63,863 nucleotides of DNA, filler included, from Globobulimina sp. (GCA_003354225.1; 25 parts of 25 records of this genome joined end to end with filler, not necessarily neighbours in it); one strand, 5' to 3'; shown: positions 23,040 through 36,146, numbered from the whole stretch's first letter. Notes: a model not told the origin generated them from the sequence alone. Numbers and translations are program-made.

Positions 23040-25312
23040 GAATATATTATATTTTCACATGGCATATTAGCATCAAATAATTGTATTATTTCTTGTTGCA
23101 ATGAAATATTTACACCATTTGAACCATTAATACTTAGATACGCATCCAATGGATTACAATTCAAATTTTCTTTAATAAAGTGAGAAGGAACAAATACGTT
23201 TACATCTTGATTATAATTAAAAAACCATAATTTAATATAATTTGTGTCAGAATAAATTCTGATTCCTTTGCATGAGTTAATAGCATAACAACGGATTTCT
23301 ATATCAACAACGTTTGTTATATTTAATTTTAAATCCATACAAGATTCAAATTCAACACAATCTAAATAAAATGAATCAACATTATTTACATTAATTATAG
23401 ATTCCTTACACGATGATTCTGCAGAACATTTAATAGCTGCTATATCGGATAATGACAATTGTAGTGTTGCGGATAGACATGAAAATATTGTATCGCATTC
23501 GATTAAGCTTAATTGAATTGCAGCGGTGGTTGTTATCGACGCTCCAATGCATACAGACGATGCAGATACACATTGAATAAAACATACTAACGGTTCACTA
23601 CAAATCAGCAATTGTTTAACATAAACATCATGCACATTATATATATTTGTTGGTGACACAGATAATGACAATTCATTAAATTTTATATTTTCATCTAATA
23701 TGAATGCATTATCAAATGGGAAACAAGGTTCATAGATAACGCTTCCATTCTTCATACCAAAACTTATTAAATCCACAGTATCCGCAAATACCGCAGGATC
23801 AAAATCAAACAAAGATAATGTTATAAAATCTGCGGCATTGTCACTATGACCAAACTGTAAAATAGCATTTGGCGCCATCGTCGGTGCGAATGTTGGTGAT
23901 GATGTCGGATCAATGCAACACATAACACCTCCTCCAGCAGAATTTGTTAACGAATACTGTTTCGCTTCAATAGTTGTTGAACCATTACTTATCCAAAACC
24001 CCCAGCTACTTTCTCCTATGCCACTGTTTAATACACCACAATCCAATAATTGCGGCGTATTTGTTGTTGGAGAACTACAGCCCCAAATATCATTAAAACC
24101 TATGCTCTCATTATATATGGATGTACATTTCCAGTCCGCTCCGCTGCTTTCCTTTGTTGCAAAAAATTCTGCATCATTTACTGCAATATCTTGACAAAGT
24201 TGCGATGTCAAACCTAATGCTCTCGCTTCAATTTCACTGTTACAAACATGATATATTGGACCGCATAATGCCTCTGCATCTACGCCATAGACACCACCGC
24301 TTACAATTGTGCCGGGACAGGCATATATTGAATGCCATACAACCTCTCTCTGCGTATTTTCATCAGAACACCCTGCAGCTTCTAATACAAATTGCGTCGG
24401 AGCAGCGGTTGGTACATTGGTTGGTGTTGATGACGGCATATTTGAAGGACTAAATGTAGGCAAATTCGTTGGTGAGAATGTGGGAATTGTTGGTGATGTC
24501 GTTGGAAAGTGTGTGGTAACCTGGCAGTGTACCGAAATATTATAAAGTCCTTTAAAATCCCCTTGAACCTCTGAGATCGCAACATAATATGTTTGGTTAC
24601 CATATAAATTGTTAACAACCATTTCTGATTGGTACCAGCTGGAACATTCTCGTCTTCCCCAATCAGCATAGTCATATAAATGGCAATCATCACAATATTG
24701 GATTAATTGCCAGTTATTTGCATAAATCCACATTTGAGAATCTTCAATGCCAGAGTCACATGTACTAAATAGTACGTTATACGATGTATTATCTGTTGGC
24801 AAACGAAATTTATACCAATCTTTCTGTTTATTATATATCAATTCCTCTCTTATTAACTGGCCGCATTGCATGAGGATTGGTAAGGTGGCAACAGGTGATG
24901 CGGTGGGAGAGGATGTGGGAGCTGCAGATGGTGAGGTTGTTGGCGCAAATACTGAAACAGACCTTTCATCAATGTACAAATCACTGTCAAGGAATGAGAG
25001 ACAATGATTTATACAATTATTACTGGGCCAGATTTTTGTTTTTAAAATAATTGACGTGACAGGATTTGTGTTGAATGCGTAACATATTTGATTAATATTA
25101 TTGTTATTGGTAAATACCGACGATTCCATAGATACTGCACCGTTGAATATTGCATAAAAATTATAATTGCCATCGAATAAACAATTTTGAACATCTATTG
25201 TTCCGTTCATGTTTGTGTTTTTATTGAAAAACACATTTGATTTATTAAATACGCCGTGATTATAATTGAATTGTGAATTTTCAATAGATACTACGCCTCC
25301 ATTTTGGAGCAA
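23040..25312 (-). CDS. Large extracellular/adhesin-like multidomain protein (partial)
   Basis: Beta-helix-like FxxN repeats, PT(S/F)xPT linkers, a PPC-like domain (DWYKF..FSTCDS..DSQMWIY..CDDC..YYVAI), a Cys-rich module and CxxxxSC solenoid repeats. Confidence 0.75.
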
Positions 25313-25597
25313 AAATAAATTATTTGATATTGTGTTATTTTCAAAATAACACTTTGTGAATGTAATTTGGCCATAATTAGTAACAGTATAAAAAGTGACA
25401 TAAAACTAAACACACCGACAGAGGCGTAAGTTCTTGCGTCGATATTTACTATATAAAACGTCGTTTCAGTGACTAAATCAACGCATCAAAACTAGCTNNN
25501 NNNNNNNNNNNNNNNNNNNNNNNNNNNNNNNNNNNNNNNNNTTAATTAATTAANNNNNNNNNNNNNNNNNNNNNNNNNNNNNNNNNNNNNNNNNNNN

Positions 25598-27136
25598 GTA
25601 TGCGTATGCAGGACCAAATGGATATCCATTATTTGGAACATTTATACAGCAAGTTAGAGATCGTCAATTTGGCATAAATATGGCAAAAACATATGGCCCC
25701 ATAACTTTTGCACCATATATTGCTTCACAAAATTGCGTTATATTAAATTCTAGCAAATTGGTAAAAAAAATACTCCCTCAAATATTATTTTTACATCGCA
25801 CATTTCCTTTTAATGTGAAATCGTTTGGACGACCAAGCCATTTTTCTGTTGGTGACAAAAACACTCTGTCATTAATATTGTATGTCATTTCTGTTATCAT
25901 TTGTCTATAACTCATTGTATATCACATTACTACATAGTGTGAATGGGGAAGAATGGAAACATCGACGGAAACACGCTCAAACAGTTAAGCAATAAACCAA
26001 CATAAACACACCATATATGTTTCATATATTTTATATATTTTATAGACACTGTTTCGAACAATGACGAGTGAATTTGTTACAGATATACTTTCCACAGCAA
26101 TTAATAAGGAATTAAAACCATTTTTGGATGAGATAATCAATAAAAATGGTGTCTGGTATCCAAGTCAAATATGTCAATATTTGACGTTTAATACAATATA
26201 TCATACATTATTCGGTGAACCAATTGAAAGAAACTGTGTATTATACAATAATATGATGTCGTATATATAACCGATGCGTTTAATTATGTGTTCTGGGATG
26301 TATTAACATATCGACTACCATTTATTAAAATATTTTTGCCATTAACTTTCTCAAAAATGCACAAAATGCGCACCGATAGAAATCAAACAATGGAAAAATT
26401 AATTAACTCGAAAAAAGTAACCAAACATAAAACATATATCGATTATACGCGTCAGTTGGTAGCTGATGGTAAAATGACAGCGGATGAAGAAAATGCAGAT
26501 ACTTTCTCATTATTTGCAGCTGGAACAGAAACAACGTCATCAACGTTGGAGTTTGGCATTGTTTTAATTGCTAAACATGTTGAGATTCAACAGACGGTTC
26601 GAAACGAACTATTATCAGTGGTAAAAAATGGTGAATTTAATGTTAAGTTTGGGCATAAATGTCCATTATTTCGTGCATTGATTCATGAGATATTTCGAAT
26701 TTCGTCGGTTGCATTTTGGGGCGCAATGCGTTGTTGTGATAAAGATATAAATTTGAATATTGAGGGTAAAAAATATGTGATCCCAAAAAATACACCGATT
26801 CGAACAAATGTTGATTGGATTCATTTATATAATAAAAAAGGTGAGAAATGGAAAAATATTGATAAGGACAAAATATTTTTAGAAAATTTCTTAAGTGATG
26901 ATGGTAAAAAACGATTTGTTGTCAACGAGTCATTCATACCATTTGGTGTTGGGAGAAGAAATTGTGTCGGAAAAGGATTAGCAATGAAAGAAATACAAAT
27001 TATTTTAGCATATTTACTGATTACTTATAAATTAACATTGGACAAAGAAATTGATAATGTATTGGATTATAGAAAGGCAAAGACTGGCACAATGTTTATC
27101 GATCCGCCCATTGGAGTTAAATTGCAACCGTTATAG
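25598..27136 (+). CDS. Cytochrome P450 with two short introns and an apparent +2 frameshift near 26268
   Basis: GPNGYPLFG, WKHRR, I-helix AAGTETT, EIFR, heme motif FGVGRRNCVG. The frames either side of 26262-26270 differ by one TA repeat. Confidence 0.9.
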
Positions 27137-27397
27137 TTTAATATACATAATTTTATGTTTACTGTAATATGTTATAGTTTATAAACACAACCAGAATTAG
27201 TGCTTGCATCCAAACATTCTTTTCACTAAAAGAAAGTTTTAGAAAACAGCAACATCAATGCTCTGCATTCTCAATTTCTAACAAAACTTGATGCTTTTTT
27301 TCAGCTATAAAAAGTTAATAAATCCCTCAAATGTTCCGAACGTTGGAATGTAAATAATGAAAAAAAAAACAAAACAAATGTCACAAGGCACAAGAAA

Positions 27398-28055
27398 TCA
27401 GGCAATTAATGCATTTTGTATGGATTGGTGTCCATTAAACCAAGATCGCATATTTACTTTTAACACTTCAATATCATCCATTGATAAACTGCCATCATTG
27501 GATACCACTGGAAGCGAGTTAGAAAATGAAGTTTGATTTCTTTTGTCCTTATCATTTACAATGGCTTTAATCGAAGCAATGCCATTTTTGTCAATCACAA
27601 ACTTCACCATAATCGAGTCACAAACATCCTCATTCCTTTTCGGTATATTACTAATACTCAAATGCGACAACAAATAATTCTCAAACACAAACTCATTATC
27701 TCCTTCATACAAATCCAACTTTGCAACAGAAGACGACGGATCTTTTTGACAGTAAACAGTCGTCGCTCTAGTCGGATAATGGCTGTTTTTCTTAATTATA
27801 ACATCCATAATACCGCATCTGGGCTGTCCAGAATCATTAAAATTGGTCAAACAAATACTGAAACCCAATGATAACGGTATCACATCTTCCAATACAATCT
27901 GTTTATGCGCGCTCTCCACATTCGACGCAAAAGAAGCACCGATAATCGCCGAGCCTTTCACCACCATCAACTGCGCCTCATCCTGCGTGAAAACCAACTT
28001 TATGTCGTTTTGTCCGAATTCCTCACGCAATCTGCGCTTCGGTCCCTCGTCGAAG
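27398..28055 (-). CDS. Divergent HSP70-like protein, C-terminal part, lid largely absent
   Basis: VVKGSAI, LEDVIPLSLG, IIKKNSHYP, LYEGD, VKFVIDKNGI, LSMDDI. The stop follows the first lid helix, with no EEVD or KDEL. Confidence 0.85.
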
Positions 28056-28155
28056 NNNNNNNNNNNNNNNNNNNNNNNNNNNNNNNNNNNNNNNNNNNNT
28101 TAATTAATTAANNNNNNNNNNNNNNNNNNNNNNNNNNNNNNNNNNNNNNNNNNNN

Positions 28156-30589
28156 AAATTGATTTTATTTTGTGCTGCTACATTATTACTATTATTCCTA
28201 TATTCCCCGCAAAGTCCACATTCATTCGATCGATTCAATAAATACCACAAGCCTCCAACCATAATTTTGCGATTCATAAAATGGCAATGCTCGCATTTCC
28301 ACGCTTTCATTTGTTCAATGTCGAAGAACAATTTCTTGAATAAATAATCACATAACGCCCCACCAAGTTTCTGCTGATCTGAAAATAAATCAATTTCATT
28401 CATAACGGCAATGAAATCTTTCCTCACTGCTTTGTGCAACTTTGATATCGGACCATAAAACTTCATTAACTTCTTGTAATCAGACTTGTTCTCTTTTAGT
28501 TGTTGCTGCATCTCATGGCATTCCATCATATCGCATGTGATATATTTCAATGCATCGATGATATAATCGGGAATCTCATGAGCCTGCAATGCCGGCAATA
28601 CCTTCGTAATTGTTTGGTCATCGTCACTCAATGAATGCGCGTACATGTCGTCAAAAGTGTTGCTGTGCGAATCCAAATCATTGACAGGAGATAAAGAGTG
28701 AACATCTGTCAATTGCCTGATTTGCATATGAATATTTGCTTTGATATTGGCACTGTTCTCTAAATATTGAACCTGTTTATTGCAATCACGGTAATATTTA
28801 ATATTTGGCAACAAAGCACGCAAATTGTTGATATTTATTTTATTATTCTTGCTATTTTTGTCAATAAAGAAATTTTTCAATTTAGATATCATAAATTTCG
28901 ACTCCGCTTCAAATGCTTCGAATGTTACAAATACCGTTTGCTGCGACCAGTGCTTCAACAAATTGACAGAATGCAGAATTTCCTTTCCTTCTTTGCTCGC
29001 ATTATTAAAACAGTCGCGTATTAACTGCGTGGCGCTAATTTGATGAGTCCTACATTTCACGCAAATGTTAATCAAATTGAATAATATATTTTGCATCGAT
29101 TTTCTCGACAAATACAAGTGTTTGGAAACGTAAAAAGATCGATCATAAATGGTTTGCGATAATATTTTCTCCAAATATACCAACGGTAAAATAAAATTTA
29201 ACAAAGAACTGCTAATATTATTTTCCGACAAAATAACATTCCTAATCTGAACACTGCATCTTCGCCCAAAAAATAGTCGAACTTCGTCCTCGTAGCCAAT
29301 CATCGAAGAGGCATCGATGAACTTCGTAGTGTTCAATGTTCCGGAATATTTTGGCAAAATCTCCATCAGCGACCCTTTGTTGCCCGCATGGTACAACGCC
29401 AACGGCATTGAGGTGGTGGTCGCCTGAGGGAAATAAATGGGCGAAGAAAATGACTGATATACGAATACATTTTTTGAGCCAGAATACAATTTATGTTTAG
29501 ATTGCTGTTCGTCGTATATTTTTCCATAATACTCAATGGCCTCAAAAAGGTACCTCCCAAACCAATAGAAATTATTCGCGTGGCGTATACGCACAATTTC
29601 TTCGTCGACATTATTCAGCAATAAATACGATTTGCCAAAGGCTTGCGAATATTTCTTTTCTTCGCTATATAGAATTATAATAAACACATGATTTACGCCA
29701 ATGTGTTGATACTTTTTAATGCCAAACTTTTGATCCGTTTCTGATGAACAAAGGGTACAACAAATGTCTTTATGTAACGCTTTTGCTTTATTTAAATGAG
29801 CGTTGAATTGCTTTGAGGTGATTTGGAATATGTCATTGAATATGCTCTCATCCGCTAATGATTGGAATCGAGCTTGCATTGAAGTGTACGGCATCATTAT
29901 GCCGGTTTCATATTGGATAGACTCGAATGTTTCGTTATTTGTAGGCATATTCTCCTTTTCTTCTTCGCTCGAACTGTCGGTACAAAGCCCCGGCAACGTA
30001 TTGAAACTTTTGGTCATGACTGCTTTGGTGTGAATGGTTTTGAATGTCACCGAGTCTGTGTGCTTTTGCAGTGCTGCTATTCTCTCAGTTTCATAGATCT
30101 GCTTCAGTCGATCATAAAATATATCCACCGCTTTGGAAATGTCCACACGTTTTATAAACGTGGCAAAGTTGGGAATGGATGCTGTGTTTAGATGGTAGTA
30201 CGACAACACTGTCTTGATCCGCAATGCTAATTTGTTGTCAATCTGCAAAAATTCATCCAAAGCACCTTTTTCTGTCGCTGTCCCCAACAAAGCCTCCACC
30301 AAATGATTGGTACTATGTATAATGTATATGTTTCATTGAAAATACGCCAACAAAAAAGCAAATATCACAAACTAAACTATAGCAATGGCGGATATTTCAA
30401 CAATGAGTACTGATAAATCGACTCAGCCCAATCTGGAAACTGTTGTTCTAAATGAATTTCCTGCGTGGCATCGAAACTAACATTGCTTGTCAATGCTACC
30501 TTAGACATTGTAGCCTGTTTCGGTGATATCCTCCATCTGAGACTTGAATATTTATTAATTATATCTAATAAACAAATTGGTTGAACCAT
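28156..30589 (-). CDS. Large protein with a degenerate ADP-ribosyltransferase-like domain and a split RanBP2-like zinc finger (partial)
   Basis: LYSG...PQATTT..A...G.L...FID.S...YEDEVRLF has the spacing of the ART R-STS-ExE strands, plus WKCEHCHFMN...CGLCG. A short intron is likely near 30317-30385. Confidence 0.5.
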
Positions 30590-30713
30590 TGTATTTCTCG
30601 ACGCTGTTAATGTNNNNNNNNNNNNNNNNNNNNNNNNNNNNNNNNNNNNNNNNNNNNTTAATTAATTAANNNNNNNNNNNNNNNNNNNNNNNNNNNNNNN
30701 NNNNNNNNNNNNN

Positions 30714-33171
30714 CAATACCAACAATATCATCCGATAACTCACATTTATCCAACAAGATTTCTTTTATTCTATTCTTTTCCATATTAATTTTCTCCCTTT
30801 CCTCATATTTATATTTCTTACGATTCCGTAGATTCCATTGCCAATAATCTTCCTTATCAACTCCATCCAGCTCCGACTCAGAAACACGTGGCATGGCCGC
30901 AGCAGACACATTGTTTGTTGCCGCTGGAATCCATAAACAATCTGTTTTTTTCTCCTTCATTTTTTTATATTCCCTCATTTTTCCAATTATTAATTCCTTT
31001 CCCTGCTTAATCTCATACAATTCACTTGCTTCAGCTTTCAATCTTTTACTTTTCCCATCAACGATATCTGTCAACTTCGACAACTGCGCATTTAATCGCC
31101 TTTGCAATTCATAATATCCTTTGCCTGGAATAACATATCGATGCTCAATGATTTGCTGAGTCATTCTGTCCCGCAAACACTGCCCATGCAACCCGCCACG
31201 TACTTTAATATCCACAGTCAGCGCACTTTGGTTCTCCTTAAATGTCGGAATCAAAGTCGGCAAAGGAAAAAATGAACAGGACGCTGATATCGCCGCTGCT
31301 AAATCCTGTGTGGCATAAATTGCGTTATCACTCTCCGTATCATATGGTTCCAGCATAAAACGTGCCTGCTGTGACTGTGGCAAATCAGCGAATAATTCAC
31401 ATTCAGCCCGTTTGCATAGCGCTTGTTTTGCGATTTTAACGTGTTCAGAGTTGCTGTGCAAACCAACCATTTTGCGATAAAACATGGATTTGGGAATATG
31501 TAGCTCGGAGTGGTACTGTTTTAATACGCTGTACATGTATTTTGCGCTGTTTTTTGCGTCGAGATAGTATAAATTGTCATCATTTTTAGCTTTATCCGCG
31601 GTCATATTTGTTATACGAAATGAATGCGGTTCAATGGGATTGGTTATATCTCGAAATTGTGGCAATTCGTGCGGGAAATATGGCGCTTGTCCCGGTGGGA
31701 TGGAGTATTTATTCGTAGCTGCACTGTTTGTGATAGGTTGCGGGTTACAAAGCGGACTGACATTTTTTTTGTGAGATTGAGCTGGAAATTCAGGCATTTG
31801 CATAATTTCTACAGTCAATTCTTTATCTTTGTCAATTCTCGATTTTTTATCGGGTTTACGCTCAAATTGCTGAGCTTTTTGTTTCCATTCAGGATTCAAT
31901 AAATTTACGCCATAATATGGCATCGCAAATGTGTCATTTAAATGTGCGACATCCACTGGCTCCAAATTAAAATTCAAATCCTGTACATTTTTATTTTTGT
32001 TTTTAGCATTTTCTAGCTCTAAAATGTGGCGTTGTTTCTCCTCTTTTTCTAACTCAGCATACATTTGCAATGCTGCTCTCTCTCTCTGTTCTTGTTGCTC
32101 GTCTTGTAATTCTTGTTGCTTTCTATGCTCCTCTTCAGTTACAATAATCGCATCGGTTTGCATTATTTCCAGCATTATGTTATCATTTGATACAGTCGGT
32201 TTGTTCCATTTCCATTTTAATTTCTAAAATCACGTACAACAAATATTTGTTAGTCATATATAAGAATGTATGCATTGACAAAAACACCTGTTTCATAAAC
32301 GCATCCTGAGCTAAATCAGCAATACATTGATTACCATCCATTTTCACCAATTCTTCGAAATCCTCAGCTTGCTCACTTTCGCTCTCACTCTCACTTTCAT
32401 TCATATCTTCATGTTGTACAATTGCCATATTTCCAGCTTCATCATCAATGATCTCCCCCTCTTCCACAACATTCTTAGCCTGTAAATGCACAAAAGGAGT
32501 ATTACCAACAGCAACAATATGACCGTCGATCAGCATCGCTCCCCTAACATTGTCAGGTTGTAAATGCACAAAAGGAGTGTCACCAACAGCAACAACATGG
32601 CCATCGATCATCTGCAGCACTGCTCCCATTCCATTTGAATCACTGTCTCCGTCACAAGAGCTGGAGTCCGATTCGAAGCCGTAATCATTGTCACAAGAGC
32701 TGGGATCATATGGAGTCTGTAATATTTTAGTAATATCAAACATGACATCAGAATCCGAATGAATTAATCCTTCCTCCTCTCCACTTCCATACTCAATCTC
32801 ATATCCATCGTCAACAAGTTCTCCATCTTCCAAACCATTCTCATTAAGCTGCACATTGCCATTATTCGCCATTGCATTTATTTTCAATAACTGCTCTTTC
32901 ACCAAATCCATCCAATTAATTATATTCGCCACAGTGCTCTCTTGCTCGTGTACCACTATTTTCTTTTTATTTTGCTTCTTTCCGCGATGATGTTTCTTTT
33001 TCTTCCGCCGCTTCTTGCATCCACGCGAATATATCCTTGCATCTGACACAGCAAAATCCACTCAAAAATAAAAAAACAAACACAAATATATAACACCTTC
33101 GCGTGTACTGCGATTCCTCCATTTTTTGCGTCTACGTTTGCCCTGCGTACGGCGGTTATTTCTGTGCACAA
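30714..33171 (-). CDS. Hypothetical three-exon protein (basic, acidic and coiled-coil regions), both ends truncated
   Basis: GTGTT..AG introns near 33043-33096 and 32224-32288 join ORFs 32183-33061 and 30658-32175 into one frame. No family recognised. Confidence 0.6.
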
Positions 33172-33271
33172 NNNNNNNNNNNNNNNNNNNNNNNNNNNNN
33201 NNNNNNNNNNNNNNNTTAATTAATTAANNNNNNNNNNNNNNNNNNNNNNNNNNNNNNNNNNNNNNNNNNNN

Positions 33272-34663
33272 ATAAGAAAAGGGCACATTTTTAAAAGCAA
33301 TGTTGCGTTTCAAGCGGCTCTCTGGTTTTATAGTCTCCTTTTTATCAATATCGGCTGCTCTTATTTTCGGTATACGGTCCTAAGTAAATGTGCAGTTAAA
33401 GAACATTTGTCCGATTTTGTTCTCAGACTTAACTTTCAAAGCAAATAACTTATTTGCAGAATTTCTAGCTTTAGCTACATCCGCATTGGCGGAACCAAGT
33501 TGACCAAGGGACATAGCGCCGATTGGGAGTGCGAACATGCCTGCAATATATATATATATATATGTGCATAAATAAACAAATATTGACATATTATACAAGT
33601 GGCGTACATAGAAACATGTCTCCGATATCTATAGTGCCGTTATCGACTAGTTTGCCTCCGTACCAATAGCCGAGGGAATACATTACACCAAGAAAAGCAA
33701 AAAACATCCCACCGAGAGCCACGCCCAAACCTAAACTTTTCTTCTTTGCTGCAGGCACCACTGCCTCTAATTTCTCCCTATATTCACGCAATTTACTCGT
33801 AAGCAACATTGGTATGGCTTTTACAGAGCGTATCGACTGTAATACTTCATTACTAAACGAGCCAGCGGCTGCAGTTGGGTCTACTTTACCCTTTGTATCA
33901 CCACTTTCGATTTCCGCACCGCCGGTCATGCCTTTTTTTTCAAAGTACGACGATATCACACCGACGAGTATAAATAATGGCACCGCGCACATTAATACCA
34001 ACGATAATTGCCATGAATAACTGTATATGTATATCAATATCAATGTGAGTTGTATACTGGTTTGCTTTTCTACATTCAACTATGTGGTTTATTTAGTGCA
34101 GGCATACAACTGTTTACATACTAAAAAGCTAAAATAAATCCGCCGAGAAACGTAACAAAATGTTGTAGACATAATCCAATGGCTTGGCCCATTTCAGAAA
34201 TACATAAACAATCAGAGATAAAGGCTGTATTTAAAGCGCCTGAATTTTTTTCATCATAATAACCAACTTCTTGGCGTAATAATATTTGGAAATAGGATTT
34301 GCGGACAGCGACACTGATTTTTGCTCCATAATGACCCCAACACACATATTGCAATGAATTGAATATGAAAAATGCAACTCCAACACCGAAGAATTTAAGC
34401 ATCATAATGAGTGCGTCTGTCTTGAGGTCCATTGTAGGTTCAGATCCCATGCTAATCATATCACCAAATAATACGAAGAATGCTGGCATGGATGCACCAT
34501 TTCCTAATGCACCGATTGCGCCTAACCAACCATAACATGCTACGCCATCACAGTATTCTTTTAAAAGACGTGTAATGCCACCTAAAGCTTCCACTTTTTC
34601 TTCTTCTTTCTCCGTGTCTGTTGCATCTGGTTTGGCAACATTCGACTTGGGAGACGACGACAT
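33272..34663 (-). CDS. ABCB: ABCB/MDR P-glycoprotein, N-terminal membrane domain (3' truncated, about three introns)
   Basis: GAIGALGNGASMP, ILLRQEVGYYD, YSWQLSLV, EVLQSIRSVKA, YSLGYWYGGKLV, IGAMSLGQ, then GHIF.K..AFQ towards the NBD is not reached. Confidence 0.9.
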
Positions 34664-35040
34664 GGTATTATGTATTTGAGTGTACTTTTTCAACAAAAAT
34701 TTATTAAAAATTTATTTTGTTGATGATTTTTGATAAACAAAAATTTTACCCAAAACGTTAAGATTTAAGGTCTTATAATCGACACTTTAGACATTCTTTT
34801 TTTTAAACAACTAAAGAGGAAGTGATCACCATCTTCGGTGTGTGCGATGATAATGTATACAGTTTCAAACGTATTCCTGTTTCAAATTGACATAAATGTG
34901 TTGAACAATTGCAATCAGTAAACCCATGCAAAAAAAGAATTTTATTATATACGGTTTCCAGAGGTTGTATAATAACAACTCTATCACAAATACTTTTCTT
35001 TTTCATGCAAACATTTACTAAATCTTGATATCATCCAACA

Positions 35041-35729
35041 CTAATTTTTAGTCTTGAGACACTTTCTACATACATCAAAATCGCATTGTCTACATCCATA
35101 CAACACAGTGCCTTTCTTCACTTCCGTTTGACAAACATCGCAACCCCACTCATCCTCCGCCGTTTTATATTCACTCAATCCATGTTTACCGGGACAATTT
35201 GACTCTTTTCTTCTATAACACCCACCGCATAAATCAAATTTACATTCTCCACAATGATAACTTGCATATTTATCAACATTCTTTTTATCAAAATCAATTT
35301 CTGTTTTACAATCATCACAAACATAGCCATTTTTATAATTCTTGTCATGTTCAATTAATGTCTGAGATTGCGTCCATGTCAATGGGTGTCCTGCATTGCA
35401 TGTTTTATTTTTAATAATTGAATCAATGGCTTCTTCCACGTCCTCAAAACGAAATAAACCGGGCTTATCTGGCTCTAATACCCAAATAATTAAACCGTGA
35501 TGAATTATAAATATTTTCTTCGGCCATCCACTATACGTATTCATAAACACATTATTCATCAAATCCAGGTAAATAGCACCGCTTTTATGTCCTAATTCAT
35601 TCAACCAATATTGCGCTGCTTTTGCGCGCTCCGATAACGTCCGATGTTGTTTAATACACAATTCGGGTTTGCTACGCATGGGCCATTCGTCGTCGGCATG
35701 AGCTCCTGCAATATATACATTGATAAAAT
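35041..35729 (-). CDS. Iodothyronine-deiodinase-like thioredoxin fold fused to two Cys-rich (ZZ/C1-like) zinc domains (5' truncated)
   Basis: FINVYIAGAHADDEWP..IKQHRTLSERAKAA..YLDLMNN.F...YSGWP..IFII..G.I, then CxxGHxL..CDxC..CxxCxFDxCxxC twice. Confidence 0.75.
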
Positions 35730-36146
35730 NNNNNNNNNNNNNNNNNNNNNNNNNNNNNNNNNNNNNNNNNNNNTTAATTAATTAANNNNNNNNNNNNNNN
35801 NNNNNNNNNNNNNNNNNNNNNNNNNNNNNTGATTGCATCATTAATATTATTCTATTACATCACTAAAATTCATGGGAACGTTTGAGTTTGGCAATTAACT
35901 GTTAACACTACGAGTCGCAAAAGTTAAGGAAATCTTGCTGCTTTTATTGGATTCATCTGTTTCATTGCATTAAAGGAAATATGTTTCATTGCATTAAAAG
36001 TTAATCAACAAATGGTCTCTGCCTTATAGCTGCGTAAATATTGAATCGTGTACAGAAACCTGTTGGTGTGCCATTATTATTCATTGTATAAAACTATAAA
36101 GATATATTTAAATATTGTAAAGAAAAAACAATATGTTTTGTCACGT

